Below the pieces are notes generated by a model, which saw nothing but the letters and a program-made list of their open reading frames with translations, had not been told where the DNA came from and made no database searches. Positions 22,053 through 33,372 of a DNA stretch of 64,000 nucleotides are shown here, piece after piece. The translations under genes were made by a program, and so were the position numbers. Each line of letters opens with the position of its first letter. Position 1 is the stretch's first letter. The stretch comes from Rebecca billardiae RCC1528 (lineage: Eukaryota > Protista > Haptophyta), in NCBI GenBank assembly GCA_965240325.2, contig OZ251227.1, forward strand, positions 1,922,001 to 1,986,000. The letters are read 5' to 3'.

Positions 22053-23022
22053 ATGGCGGTGGTCTCGGAGCATCTAGACGAGTTCGTCATCCTCTCGTCG
22101 GAGGCGCCGATCCCACCCGACGCGCAGCCTCCCTCGAACGAGGTAAACATGCGTCGACCGATCGACCTGTTACACCTCTCCAAGCGCCATCCTGGCGCCG
22201 CCGCCCCCCCCGCCACGCTGGGCGCAGCCATCGGCAGCAAGCGCGAGCCGCGTGCGATGCTAGCAGAGCACGCGACGCCGCTGGCGGCGGCGGCGGCGCC
22301 CGCGGCGGCGGTGGCCTCCGCGGCGCCTGCGGCGGCGGTACCGACAGTGATGCCCGCGCCCGCAGTGCCCACCACCGCGATGGCGATCGAGCTTGAGCCC
22401 GTGGACCCCGCCCTGGCGCCAGCGGCGGATGTGGATGAGCTCCCAATCGGTTCGCGCACGCGGCAAGTCGCATCGCACGTCGGGGTGCAGGACTTGCGAG
22501 AGGTCTCGCTCAAAATGGCGCAACAGCCACAGCTCTCGGTGCGCGAGACACGCCTGCGGACGCACGCGGAGCATTCGCCGGATGAGGGGGAGTTGGTCGC
22601 GCCGACGCTCGTGCCTGTGCGCGAGGTGCGCGCGAGCTCGCGAGCCACCGATGCACTCGAGCCGGCGGCCAAGCGGGCGAAGCATAAGGAGGTGCGGCCG
22701 GGCGATCGCACGTCGCCGCGCACGCAGACCACCGCGGGCCAAGACAAGGGGAAGAGCTTCATCGGGCAAGTGATCTACAAGCACTTTGACGGCCACGGCA
22801 CGTTCCGCGGGCAGGTGGTGGGCGTGCGCAAGTTTGATACCGGACTGGGGTACAGGGTCAAGTACAGCGACGGCGATGAGGAGGACTTGGTGCGCGCACG
22901 CACGGCGACGCGCGACGACGTGCGCACGCGCCTGACGCCGCGCGTCCACGCCCGCCCCGCTGCCCTGCGTGCAGGACGAGGCCGAGCTCCGCAAATGGAT
23001 CAGCACAAAAGGACGAACCTGA
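22053..23022 (+). CDS. Tudor-like domain protein (PTM/DIR17-type), exons 22053-22889 and 22975-23022
   Basis: FIGQVIYKHFDGHGTFRGQVV...YRVKYSDGDEEDL; GTGCGC...CAG intron 22890-22974 gives DEAELRKWISTKGRT*. Confidence 0.78.
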
Positions 23023-23337
23023 CTGACGAGGACGACTTGGGGGGGGCGCGGTGGCAGCCGAGGCGCACGCGTGGCAGGCGCTAGATCGCCTGGGCGCGCG
23101 TGCCGACCGGCGACATCGCCGCGCGCTCCATCGCTCCCAGCATGAAAAGAGGCAGAGCTGAGACACAGCGAGCGAGACTTGCAGGTGGCAGGGCCACGCC
23201 CGGTGCCCGCTCCGGGCACGTCACCCGTGCCCCGTGCGGCGAGTTAGGTACTACGAGACCGCGAGGCCCGGCAGATCGAGTGAGGCGTGACACGCCATTC
23301 ACTGTCCATTGGTAGTAACACATCAGCAGTGTGTCAG

Positions 23338-23340
<3 letters not shown>

Positions 23341-23380
<40 letters not shown>

Positions 23381-23451
23381 ACCGTAGTAAATAATAATAG
23401 AGAGAGAGAGAGTGAGAGAGACTTAGCACTGCTAAGTGAGACAGAGAGTCA

Positions 23452-23486
<35 letters not shown>
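23341..23486. repeat. (TA)n and (GA)n microsatellites
   Basis: Direct reading. Confidence 0.95.
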
Positions 23487-24567
23487 CACCCACGGTGGGC
23501 GCAGTCCGCGGTGCCGCGGCGCCACGGCTGGCACCGTCGCTGTCTGAGACTGTCAGACTGAGCGGCCCGGGGCCTGCCCGGCGGTTCACCAGCCACCAGG
23601 CAGCGCCGCGGCGTGCCGCCGCGCCTGCGGAGTGCGGGCTTGCGCCCGCGGAGTGGCGTGCCCGTGGCACGCGAGCAGTACAGAATACTACGACGGGCGG
23701 CGGCAATTAAGGGCGGCGGCGCCGCCGGGAGGCATCATCACTCTACCGGGCCCGAGCAGCTGGCCCCCCGACTCCGAGCCGGGCCCGGGGTGGATACGAG
23801 GGCAGGTCGATTCGATAATCGATGACTATAATGGTTGCTATATGCGGTAGTATGCCAGTGCCCAGTAGCAGCTTATCATGACATGGCCGGCCTGTCCGGG
23901 CGCCGGCGCGCCCGGCCGGGGATCGAATGATCCAGGCCGCGCTGCTCAGCTTAGCATGTGAGTGCATGCTCAGCAGCGCATTGGTCAATGGTCATCAGCA
24001 GTGGATTTGGGATGATTCGACAGGGCGGCACCGGCTTCGTTTGACCCCCTGACTCAACTTGAAGTCCGGTCATTCAGATTGGAGAAGCACATGTATAGTT
24101 GGTAGTGGAACACGGAATTCGGCGGCGGATCGCCGCCTCTCAGGTGATCAGTAGCGGAAAAATAGCAGCTACTACTCCTAGTACTCATACTAGTGAGACC
24201 ACCCGTCCACCGGCACCGGCAGGCGCGGACTGCCTGCTGCAGGCGACGGTGACCCCTTGGAGGACCTAATTAACGGCCATCACCGGGTCGAGATGAATTA
24301 ATGACGCCTTATTTTTGGGCACTATAGATCCGCACTATCGTGCCCGGTCTCGGGTCTGTGTATATTAACGACGTGATGGTATGCAACGGGCAGGCGTCAG
24401 ATTCTCAGCAAGCTGTAGTAGCAGCAGATCGAGCAGCAGAGACAAACACCAGGGTCAGCGCTCCAGTCGTCGTGCATGTCCCCCCACCCTCGTCACAGTC
24501 GCCCATAACTCCATCGCCGAGCGGAAGCTTCAGCTTGACGCACCGTCTGTCTGGCGTCGACGCGCGC

Positions 24568-24598
<31 letters not shown>

Positions 24599-24623
24599 TG
24601 TGTATATGTGTATGTATGTATAT

Positions 24624-26731
24624 ATGATCGGCTACGCCGATCTTCGGGTAGTAAACAACGAAGTTGAGGGCGCACGGCCCTACTGGTATGCAATAGTCGT
24701 CGCGTTCTTCACCGAATGACGATGCGCGCGCCCGGCGCGTCGCCGTGCAGGAGGCGCGGGCGCGAGTAATCGACGCGGTCGACGGCCCGGGCCTCGGGGG
24801 GCTGCGCCGCCTGTCGAACTCGACGCGCAGCAGCCGCAGCGCCTCCGCCCGGTGCGCATCGGGCAGCCCTGTTGTCTGTGGCCGCGCGCAGCGCGGAGAT
24901 CGCGCTCGGCAGCTCGCCCGTCTCAGCCTCGCACAGCCTCGCGTGCTCGGCGGGATCGGCGCAGCGTCGGACGAGCTCGCTGCGGGGAAGAGCGTCGCGA
25001 GCAGCCGCGGCTAGAGCCTGTCTATCTACGACCTCCCGCAGCCGCAGTAGCCGCTCCTTGCACGCCTTTGTCTGTCAGGCTCGCCGCCGCGTCGATGCAC
25101 TCGGTGCGAGGGCCGCTGCATGGCTGTGCGCGTCGGTGCCGCCGCGGGTGCTGTCGGCCGACGGCCCGGAGCGCGAGGACTACTGCGAGCACGGGCGAGA
25201 GGGGAGCACGGCGTCGCCCGTAGCATATGCCAACTCGCCATCATCGCGGGCTCGCCGCTCGCAGATCTAAGCCTGTGGCTCTCGTGTCAGGCACGGTCAG
25301 GCATCCGTCGAGTGAGCGCCAGAGCCCCTCCTCACGGTCAGCGCGCGGCTCGCGCGCCAAATGCTTGCCGCGCCGCCATGCGCAGCCGTCAGCACGCCGC
25401 ACGCGGCTCAGCCATCACAGCTCGGCCATGGTCATGGACGGCGCGAGCGTGAGCGGTGAGGGTTGGGCGAGCGACTTCTGAACATGCCGAGAGCCTCAGC
25501 TGCGCGGCGTGCGGCGTGGCGCGCGCGGGCGCGCGAATGGTCAGCTACGAGCCGGTCGACAACGGCCGCGTTCGTGCGACCGAGTGACGACGGCTCTCGT
25601 GTCAGGCACGGTCAGGCATCCGTCGAGTGAGCGCCAGAGCCCCTCCTCACGGTCAGCGCGCGGCTCGCGCGCCAAATGCTTGCCGCGCCGCCATGCGCAG
25701 CCGTCAGCACGCCGCACGCGGCTCAGCCATCACAGCTCGGCCATGGTCATGGACGGCGCGAGCGTGAGCGGTGAGGGTTGGGCGAGCGACTTCTGAACAT
25801 GCCGAGAGCCTCAGCTGCGCGGCGTGCGGCGTGGCGCGCGCGGGCGCGCGAATGGTCAGCTACGAGCCGGTCGACAACGGCCGCGTTCGTGCGACCGAGT
25901 GACGACGTGCTCGGTTGGAAAACGCACTGGGCCGAAGAGGCATGGCAGGGCGGGGCGCGCGGGGTGAACGAGGCACGAATGCGATGCCGACGGCCGTTGG
26001 GACCCGCCGCAGATCTGCGCGCACCTGCGCTGAGTCTTGTCGGATTGAACGATCGCGTGCAGTGCCCGCCTGTTCGCGAGCCCGCGTCGAGTTTGCCAGT
26101 GGCCAGTGGCCAAGGCAGTGGCAGCGCCTTTTGTAGCGATGAGCAGTATTAATCGACGGGAGATAAATATAGTAATCAGAAAAGGTACGGTTATGAATCG
26201 CGCGCGGGAACGGGAACGCCTTAAAGGGCTACCCGCGTCAATGATATATCTCGTCGCCCGCGAGGGTTCGTGCGAAACGATGCGGATCGCGTGCCCTAGA
26301 ACATAGCGCCATAACCTGATGATATCCGCCACTGAGAAGCGACGGTTCATGACTTCAGATGCCGGCAATACTTTACTTCAAGCGACATAAAAGCCGACCG
26401 AATCTCTCTTTTCTATGGTTGGCGAGCTGTTTCAGGCTCTTACAATTCAAGCATCTTACTATGACGGAATGTTCGAACACACGGCTGGTGTTATGTGCTA
26501 TTCCACCCTGCATTCCCCTAAGTGTTACTATCGTTAAAATTAGCATCTACTACAAACGCAATCATTGGCAGCGAAATGCGTCCACTAGGGGTCCGGTCAC
26601 TAACATCTGCTACAAAAATCCCCAAAATCCTGCGCGCATCCTCTTTTTGATTTTGCGGAGCACGTGCGCCGCCCCCCCCCCCCCGGCTTTCGCTCACGCT
26701 CAGACCTTTCGGGGGGGGGGCCGTGCGCCAT
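24624..26731 (-). mobile_element. Family E element, copy E1
   Basis: On -: 5' ATGGCGCACGGCC (26731); subterminal inverted copy at 24669-24679; terminal hairpin GATCGGC-GTA-GCCGATC then AT (24624); ends shared with E2; internal 315-bp tandem duplication ~25277-25906. Confidence 0.82.
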
Positions 26732-26743
26732 GACGACATATTA

Positions 26744-29266
26744 ATGGCCCGCGGTGCAGGGCGGAGCGCGTAGCGTGGAGCCCCCGCCGGGGGCCCTCAC
26801 TACGTTGTCAAAAAATCTTTTGATCAAAGAAAAGGGCATGGGGGACGATTTTGAGGGCTGTTGGAGGGTGAGTTTTCGACTTTTTGAGGGGGGTGTGCTG
26901 TCCATCACAGCTTAAAAGGCCGCGCCCGCTGCAATTCTTGTATCTACTATGGACGGACGTGGGATCAGATACCCCGGGGGTGAAACATGTGAGTATTTTT
27001 GTCCTTCTTGTATGCTGGAGTACGAGTTTGCCGAGCGACGTTTGATTGTTTTGGGTCGAAAACAGCTATGAGGCCAGATTCTTTTGAATAGCGCTTGCGA
27101 AAAGAAGTTACCCGCATGTCTCGATGGATGAACCGCCTCATGGTATTGAAAGAGATTCCTTTGAATGGCGTCAATTTTAAACCAAGTTACCCACCTGTCT
27201 CGTTGGATGAACCTCCTCATCATATTGAAGAGATTCTTTTGAATAGCGCTATTTAAAGTCAGTTACCCGCTTGCCTCGATGGATGAACCGCCTTGATAAT
27301 ATTGAAAGATATTCTTTTGAATAGAGCGCTTGTCACAACCAAGTTACCCGCCTGTCAGCTGTCTCGTGCTCGCGAGCGGCGCGACGACATCGGCCCGAGC
27401 GAGGATGCCGCCTTCAAAGGCGCGCACCGAGTGCGTGCGCGACGGGTGCCGGCCGGCCGCTGGTCTCGACCTATCGCCCTCGGCCCTCCCCGAGCGCGCC
27501 TGCAGGTACCTCCGGACGCGCATTCGGCTTGCTCACTCGATCAGCTCACTCACAGCTGCCGGTCACGCAGCCGCGCGGCGGCCCCGCGACCAGGTCCGCG
27601 GCCCAAAGTGTGTGTGCGCGCCGCGCCGGTGCCCTCGCGCCGGTGGCGTGGGCTGGCTGGCCGCTGGTCTCGCCCACGCGCCCCACTCGCCCCAAGCGCG
27701 CAACGCCTGCGGGAAGCGCCGGCACCATACCTAACTCCGCGACCAGGTCCGCGGCCCAAAGTGTGTGTGCGCGCCGCGCCGGTGCCCTCGCGCCGGTGGC
27801 GTGGGCTGGCTGGCCGCTGGTCTCGCCCACGCGCCCCACTCGCCCCAAGCGCGCAACGCCTGCGGGAAGCGCCGGCACCATACCTAACTAACCTGCGCGT
27901 CGACGCCCGTCCCGCCGCGGCCCGCGCCTCGATCGATCGTCGATCGGACCGCGTGCGTGCGACTCCGTCCGCGCCCGCGCGCAGGGTGGGAGGGGCTGAT
28001 GCAGGAGCAGATGCAGGACTACCTCGAAATTGCACGCGACGAGGAGGTGCCCAGCGCGCACTTTACGCTGCGCGCATCATCGAGTGGTCGCCCAGCGAGC
28101 GCGGCAGCTGGCCACCGGGCCGGCTGACGGCGGGCGCAGCTGCCAGCTGCGGACGCGCAGCGGGCGCGGAGTGGAAGCCGGCGCAGCGGCCGGGCAGCGG
28201 CGGCCGGCGCGGCAGCACGCTCGTATACATCGCGGCAGCTACCGCCGTCGTGCGGGGAAAGCACACGCTCTCGGCGGCTTCCAAGATGCCGACGGGCCAC
28301 GGCGTGGCACTGCAGTGGCTGTGTCGAGCTGCTGCGGCGTGTGCTCGAGGCGCGGCGCTCGCACGGGCTACGCGGGCGCAGCGGGTGCGCGCAGCTGGCG
28401 CACGCAGTGCCACGTCCTGCGGCGCCAGTTTGGCGGCCGTCCGCCCCCCCGAGCTCGAGTTCTGCGCGCTTTGCGACGGCGCGGCCGGCAGCGCCCATCT
28501 GCCTGCTTGCTTGGGCACGCCAGCATGTCCGCCGCCGGGCCTGCTGCGCGCGCCGAAGCTGGAGGGCGGAGGAGGGCGCTGGGCTGCTCCTATGGCGTGC
28601 TGCAGCCCGGGCAGGCTCTACCGCGGCGCGGCGAGGCCGTCGCGCCTGCTCGCCGCCGTCGAGTCGCCCGTGCTGCGTGACCCTCGGCCGCACGTGCTCG
28701 CTCGGCGGCATCGCAGCACTAGCAGGCGTCCCATAGTCCATACCAGTATACTCGAGCCGCTGTGCGCACCCAAGGCGCGAGCTGCTCGAGCGGGCCAGGT
28801 GGGCCCAGGGGGTGCGTGCAGCTGGCACACGCAGCCCCGGCCCGTGTCATGGGGTGTCGGTTTGACGGTCGCCAGCCCCTGTGGGCTCGAGCGCTGTGCG
28901 CTTCACCACGGAGGTGCTGGCAGCGCCCCGCGGCGCGCAACGGCGGGGCAGCATGGCCGCCGCCGGCGCCGCCGCACATGCCGCCGCTTACGGGCAGTCG
29001 AGAGCTTGGGGCAGCACCTACGGCGCATGCTGCAGCTCGGGGCGGGCTCTGCCAGCCTGCTGTGGCGTGATCGCGCATTTTCCAGACCGTCGACTCGCCC
29101 GCGCTGCATAATATTCCATTATTCGTTTGCCGCGCGTGCTCGACGGCGCTCCGCGCTGCTGCTGCCGCTACGGCCGCGCGTTGGACGGACAGCATATGCC
29201 GACGGAGAGTGCACCGCGGGCCCCTAACTACGTTGGTTCTACGGAAGGACCGCGGAACGCGGTCAT
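26744..29266 (+). mobile_element. Family A element, copy B
   Basis: 5' ATGGCCCGCGGTGC; GCACCGCGGGCC at 29211-29222; hairpin GACCGCG-GAA-CGCGGTC then AT; internal 153-bp duplication ~27584-27889 and ~78-bp AT-rich repeats. Confidence 0.82.
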
Positions 29267-29323
29267 AGTATATATTACAATGATAATATATTATATATAC
29301 ATGTATTATTATTAATACATATT

Positions 29324-31365
29324 ATGATCGGCTACGCCGATCTTCGGGTAGTGAACAATGAAGTTGAGGGCGCACGGCCCTATGTACAGAATATCACAGT
29401 TGCATAAACTCACAATCACAGCATGCCTACCAGAATACGTGTAACCGTACTCGCGGTTGTACTTGTAGTCGGCGTCGCGAGTTCACCAATGACCGAGCAG
29501 GCAGCCAATACACGGCACGATTGAGGCCCGCGACCAGCCTCGTGAGCGCGACCGAGCCAGAGGTGGTCGGCGGCATCGAACCCCACCGCGCTCGCTCGTC
29601 GAGCTGCGCACGGGTATCGGTGCGCGCGCGCCAACGCGGCGCGCCGTGCTCGCGCCCGGCGGCTGCACTGAGTGCACACCTGCCGTCGCGCGCGCACGGG
29701 CGCGTGATGGACCGAGGAGGTCGCGCGAGCATGCGCGATGTGTCTGGATGGAGCGTGTAGTAGGTGTAGGCTGCGCTCCGCACGCGCTCCACCCCGATGC
29801 ACCGCGTCTCTCCATACGCGTCGAAACACACCGCGCTCGCTCGTCGAGCTGCGCACGGGTATCGGTGCGCGCGCGCCAACGCGGCGCGCCGTGCTCGCTC
29901 GCGCCCGGCAGCTGCCGAAACCTGCTCGCGCGCGCACGCGCGCGTGATGGACCGAGGAGGTCGCGCGAGCATGCGCGATGTGTCTGGATGGAGCGTGTAG
30001 TAGGTGTAGGCTGCGCTCCGCACGCGCTCCGCCACCGTGCACCGCGCTGCCCCTCGTCCACGCGGTCACCGCCGAGCTCGAATTCTGAACGCGTGCGTGA
30101 GCCCCCCGGAGCGCGCCTCCGAGCAGCAGTCGCAGCCATCGTGTCGAAGGCGTGGCGAGAGGAAGATGGCAAGTAGCGCGATGATGCACCATCTCGTCGC
30201 GCCCACGGGCAGCGCGCGGTGCGCGCCTTCGCGCCTCGAGCAGGCTGCCGAGCCGAGCCGTGCCGGCCTGCCGCGCTCGATGCGCGCGTCGAGTCGCGCG
30301 TCCACCACCGTGATGAGCACGGATGAGCGCGCGCAGCCGTGTCGTAGTTCAGGTGGGGTCCCCCGATCGCACGCACCACCGCGCCGCCACGTCTGCACCC
30401 GCCTTGTGGCACCACGCGGGGGCACGCGCCGGGCCGCGCAGGCAGCACAGCAAGCACGGCTCGACCGGCAAACGGTCAGCGCGCGGCGAGGGTGGAGTCC
30501 GGTGAGGGGCGACCGGGGTGTCCGGCGCGACGGAGGTGGTCCACGCCGTGGTCGCCGACGCGTTCCTCACCACCTCCGAGGCCGTGGTGGCCGCCCGGGA
30601 GAAGGAATGCTCCCCGTCGCACCGCGCCTGTGCAGTGCAGCACCCCGCATTGCCAACCGCAAGCAACGAGCCGTGCCTCTTCGGCCTTGGGCCGTGCGTG
30701 CCTCTTCGACGTCCAAATCACGTTTCAGTTGAAGATCTCTTGATTCTAGTCGTCACCGATAAAATGTTAACCAAGTGTGCACGTTAATAATAGTAAACTG
30801 TACTTTACTTCGCGGGCCACCCGGCACCCAGTGCGCACCCACTTGGGTATTTTGAGCGCCTTCCGGCTTTAAAAGATATTACCCGTGTATGAATCAAGGG
30901 TAATCAATGGGCTTTTAACAAGGGGCTTAACGAGTTAACGGCCTTAACCTGATGATATCCGCCACTGAGAAGCGACGGTTCATGAATCATGACTTCAGAT
31001 GCCGGCATAATAATTCTTTACTTCAAGCGACATAAAATCTGACTCAACCTCTCTTTTCTATGGTTGGCGAGCTGTTTCAGGCTCTTACAATTCAAGCATC
31101 TTACTATGACGGAATGTTCGAACACACGGCTGGTGTTATATGCTATTCCACCCGGCATTCCCCTAAGTGTTACTATCGTTAAAATTAGCATCTACTACAA
31201 ACGCAATCATTGGCAGCGAAATCCACTCATACGTACGGTAAGGCCACCCACAAAAATCCCCAAAATCCTGCGCGCATCCTCTTTTTGATTTTGCGGAGCA
31301 CGTGCGCCGCCCCCCCCCCGGCTTTCGCTCACGCTCAGACCTTTCGGGGGGGGGCCGTGCGCCAT
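29324..31365 (-). mobile_element. Family E element, copy E2
   Basis: Same ends as E1 (~60 bp at the hairpin end, ~400 bp at the 5' end) with a different interior; ~240-bp duplication ~29584-30035. Confidence 0.82.
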
Positions 31366-33372
31366 GACCGCGTTCCGCGGTCCTTTTTCCGTAGAACGAA
31401 CGTAGTTCAGGGCCCGCGGTGGCGGTGCACCCTCCGTCGCAGTCGTCTATTGACAGACCAGTTGCATATGCCCGTACAACTAGACTCCATCAGCGGCGCG
31501 CCGCCGCCCGCCGCGCCGGGCGGGCCCATTGCAGCCGCCGGCGCGGCGCCGATTGTGTACAGGCGGATGCGACGAGGCGTGATCGACGCATGAGCGCGAC
31601 TCCACGTGCACACCAGGCCACGCGGAGCTGACAGCCAGGGAGCACGGTGCGGGGCCGCGGATTCGTTCGGGCCGCTGCTGCTGACCGCTGTCCCCGGGGT
31701 CACCCCCCGCGCCGGCAGCGCCCGGGAGTAGGGCTGGAGGAGTAGGGTCCGAGTAGGGTTCGACCAGCGCCTGCGCGACGGCCGACAGGCGGGCGCGAGG
31801 CGTGATCGACGCATGAGCGCAACTCTACGTGCACGCCAGGCCACGCGGAGCTGACAGCCCGAGGGAGCACGGTGCCGAGGTGCGAGGGCACCGGTGATCC
31901 GGTTCGCGCACTCGCCGCGCGTGCACGGGCAGCTGACACACCTCGATCAGGCACGGCACGCGTTGCAGAGGCACGGCCAGCTCTGGGGACGTCACGCACC
32001 ACCGTCGCCCGCGCAGCTCGTCCTCCTCGTAGAGTACCGTTCAGTTCCGAGGCGTAGCCCTCGCTCAGAGTCGACCGACGATGGACTCGGATCGTCGGCG
32101 CGCCTGCTCTCTCTCAATCAAGAAGAGTTCTGGGAGACCCCGGAAAGGCATGGCAAGGGCGGCGCGTGGTGAAGTCGAAGGCTCAGAGATCGATCAGTCC
32201 GGCATCAGGCGCCGCTGCCCCCGAGCTTGCGAGAGCCCGAACACAGGGCGGCGGCTGCGGCGCCGGCTCGCGGACGCGCCGGGGCCGCGCAAGGCCGCGC
32301 CGAGGCATCGACAGGGCGGCAGGGGCGGCGGGGGCGCGCGGAGTGAGCGGGGGCACGACGAACGCGATGTCGACGGCAGTCGGGACCCGCCGCAGCCGCG
32401 CGCTCCAGGCGCCATTCGCCGCGCGCACCTGCCCATCGCCGTCCTCACCCGTCGGTCGCTCGTGAGTGAGCCTCGTGCCCGTGGCTCGCCTCCAAACGCG
32501 GGCCGCCTCTGGTGGGCCGCCGCCCGGGGCCACGCGCGCGCCCAACCAAGTCCGTTCGCGTCAGATAGTATAGAGCCCGAACACAGGGCGGCGGCTGCGG
32601 CGCCGGCTCGCGGACGCGCCGGGGCCGCGCAAGGCCGCGCCGAGGCATCGACAGGGCGGCAGGGGCGGCGGGGGCGCGCGGAGTGAGCGGGGGCACGACG
32701 AACGCGATGTCGACGGCAGTCGGGACCCGCCGCAGCCGCGCGCTCCAGGCGCCATTCGCCGCGCGCACCTGCCCATCGCCGTCCTCACCCGTCGGTCGCT
32801 CGTGAGCCTCGTGCCCGTGGCTCGCCTCCAAACGCGGGCCGCCTCTGGTGGGCCGCCGCCCGGGGCCACGCGCGCGCCCAACCAAGTCCGTTCGCGTCAG
32901 ATAGTATTGAGATTCGCCGAGGTTGGCCCATCGGCTACTGACCCTTGCCTCGTCGGCTCCTGATACAGACACGGCGCGATTGAATAGTTGATTCAACTGA
33001 TTCAAGGGACGTACATGGTCACATCGGTTCGCGGCAATCTCTATCTAGATACGTCATCGCTCCTTGGACCTTGCTGCAATCTCATTGGCCGGAAAAATCG
33101 CTTGTAACGGTTCGTTACGTTAGGGATCCTAAAGGGCGTGAAGTTTTTTGGACGGGCGTCACTCCACGCTTTACTATGAACTTGCCGTGGGCGCGACCTT
33201 TTTCGGCCGTGATGCATGTTAGAGAGGGTCTCAAAATTCGAAACTCGGTCTCCTCCAGCCATGAAAATCGTCCCCCGTCCCTTTTTTCTTGATCAAAGAT
33301 CTTTTTGAAACGTTGTTCGGGCCCGCTGGTGCGGGCTCCACGCTGCGCGCTCCGCCCTGCACCGCGGGCCAT
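31364..33372 (-). mobile_element. Family A element, copy C
   Basis: Hairpin end at 31364; subterminal IR at 31411-31421; 5' end at 33372; ~340-bp internal duplication ~32233-32908. Confidence 0.85.

Noticed and set aside
26332-26360. CTGATGA as a hammerhead ribozyme core (also ~30949 and ~52399)
   Set aside because: No stem II followed by GAAA and no closing stems could be built
27293-29227. 644-aa ORF in element B as the mobilising enzyme
   Set aside because: Arg/Ala low-complexity sequence spanning a tandem duplication; no HUH, helicase, DDE or RT motifs; only a weak EFCALC...HL fragment
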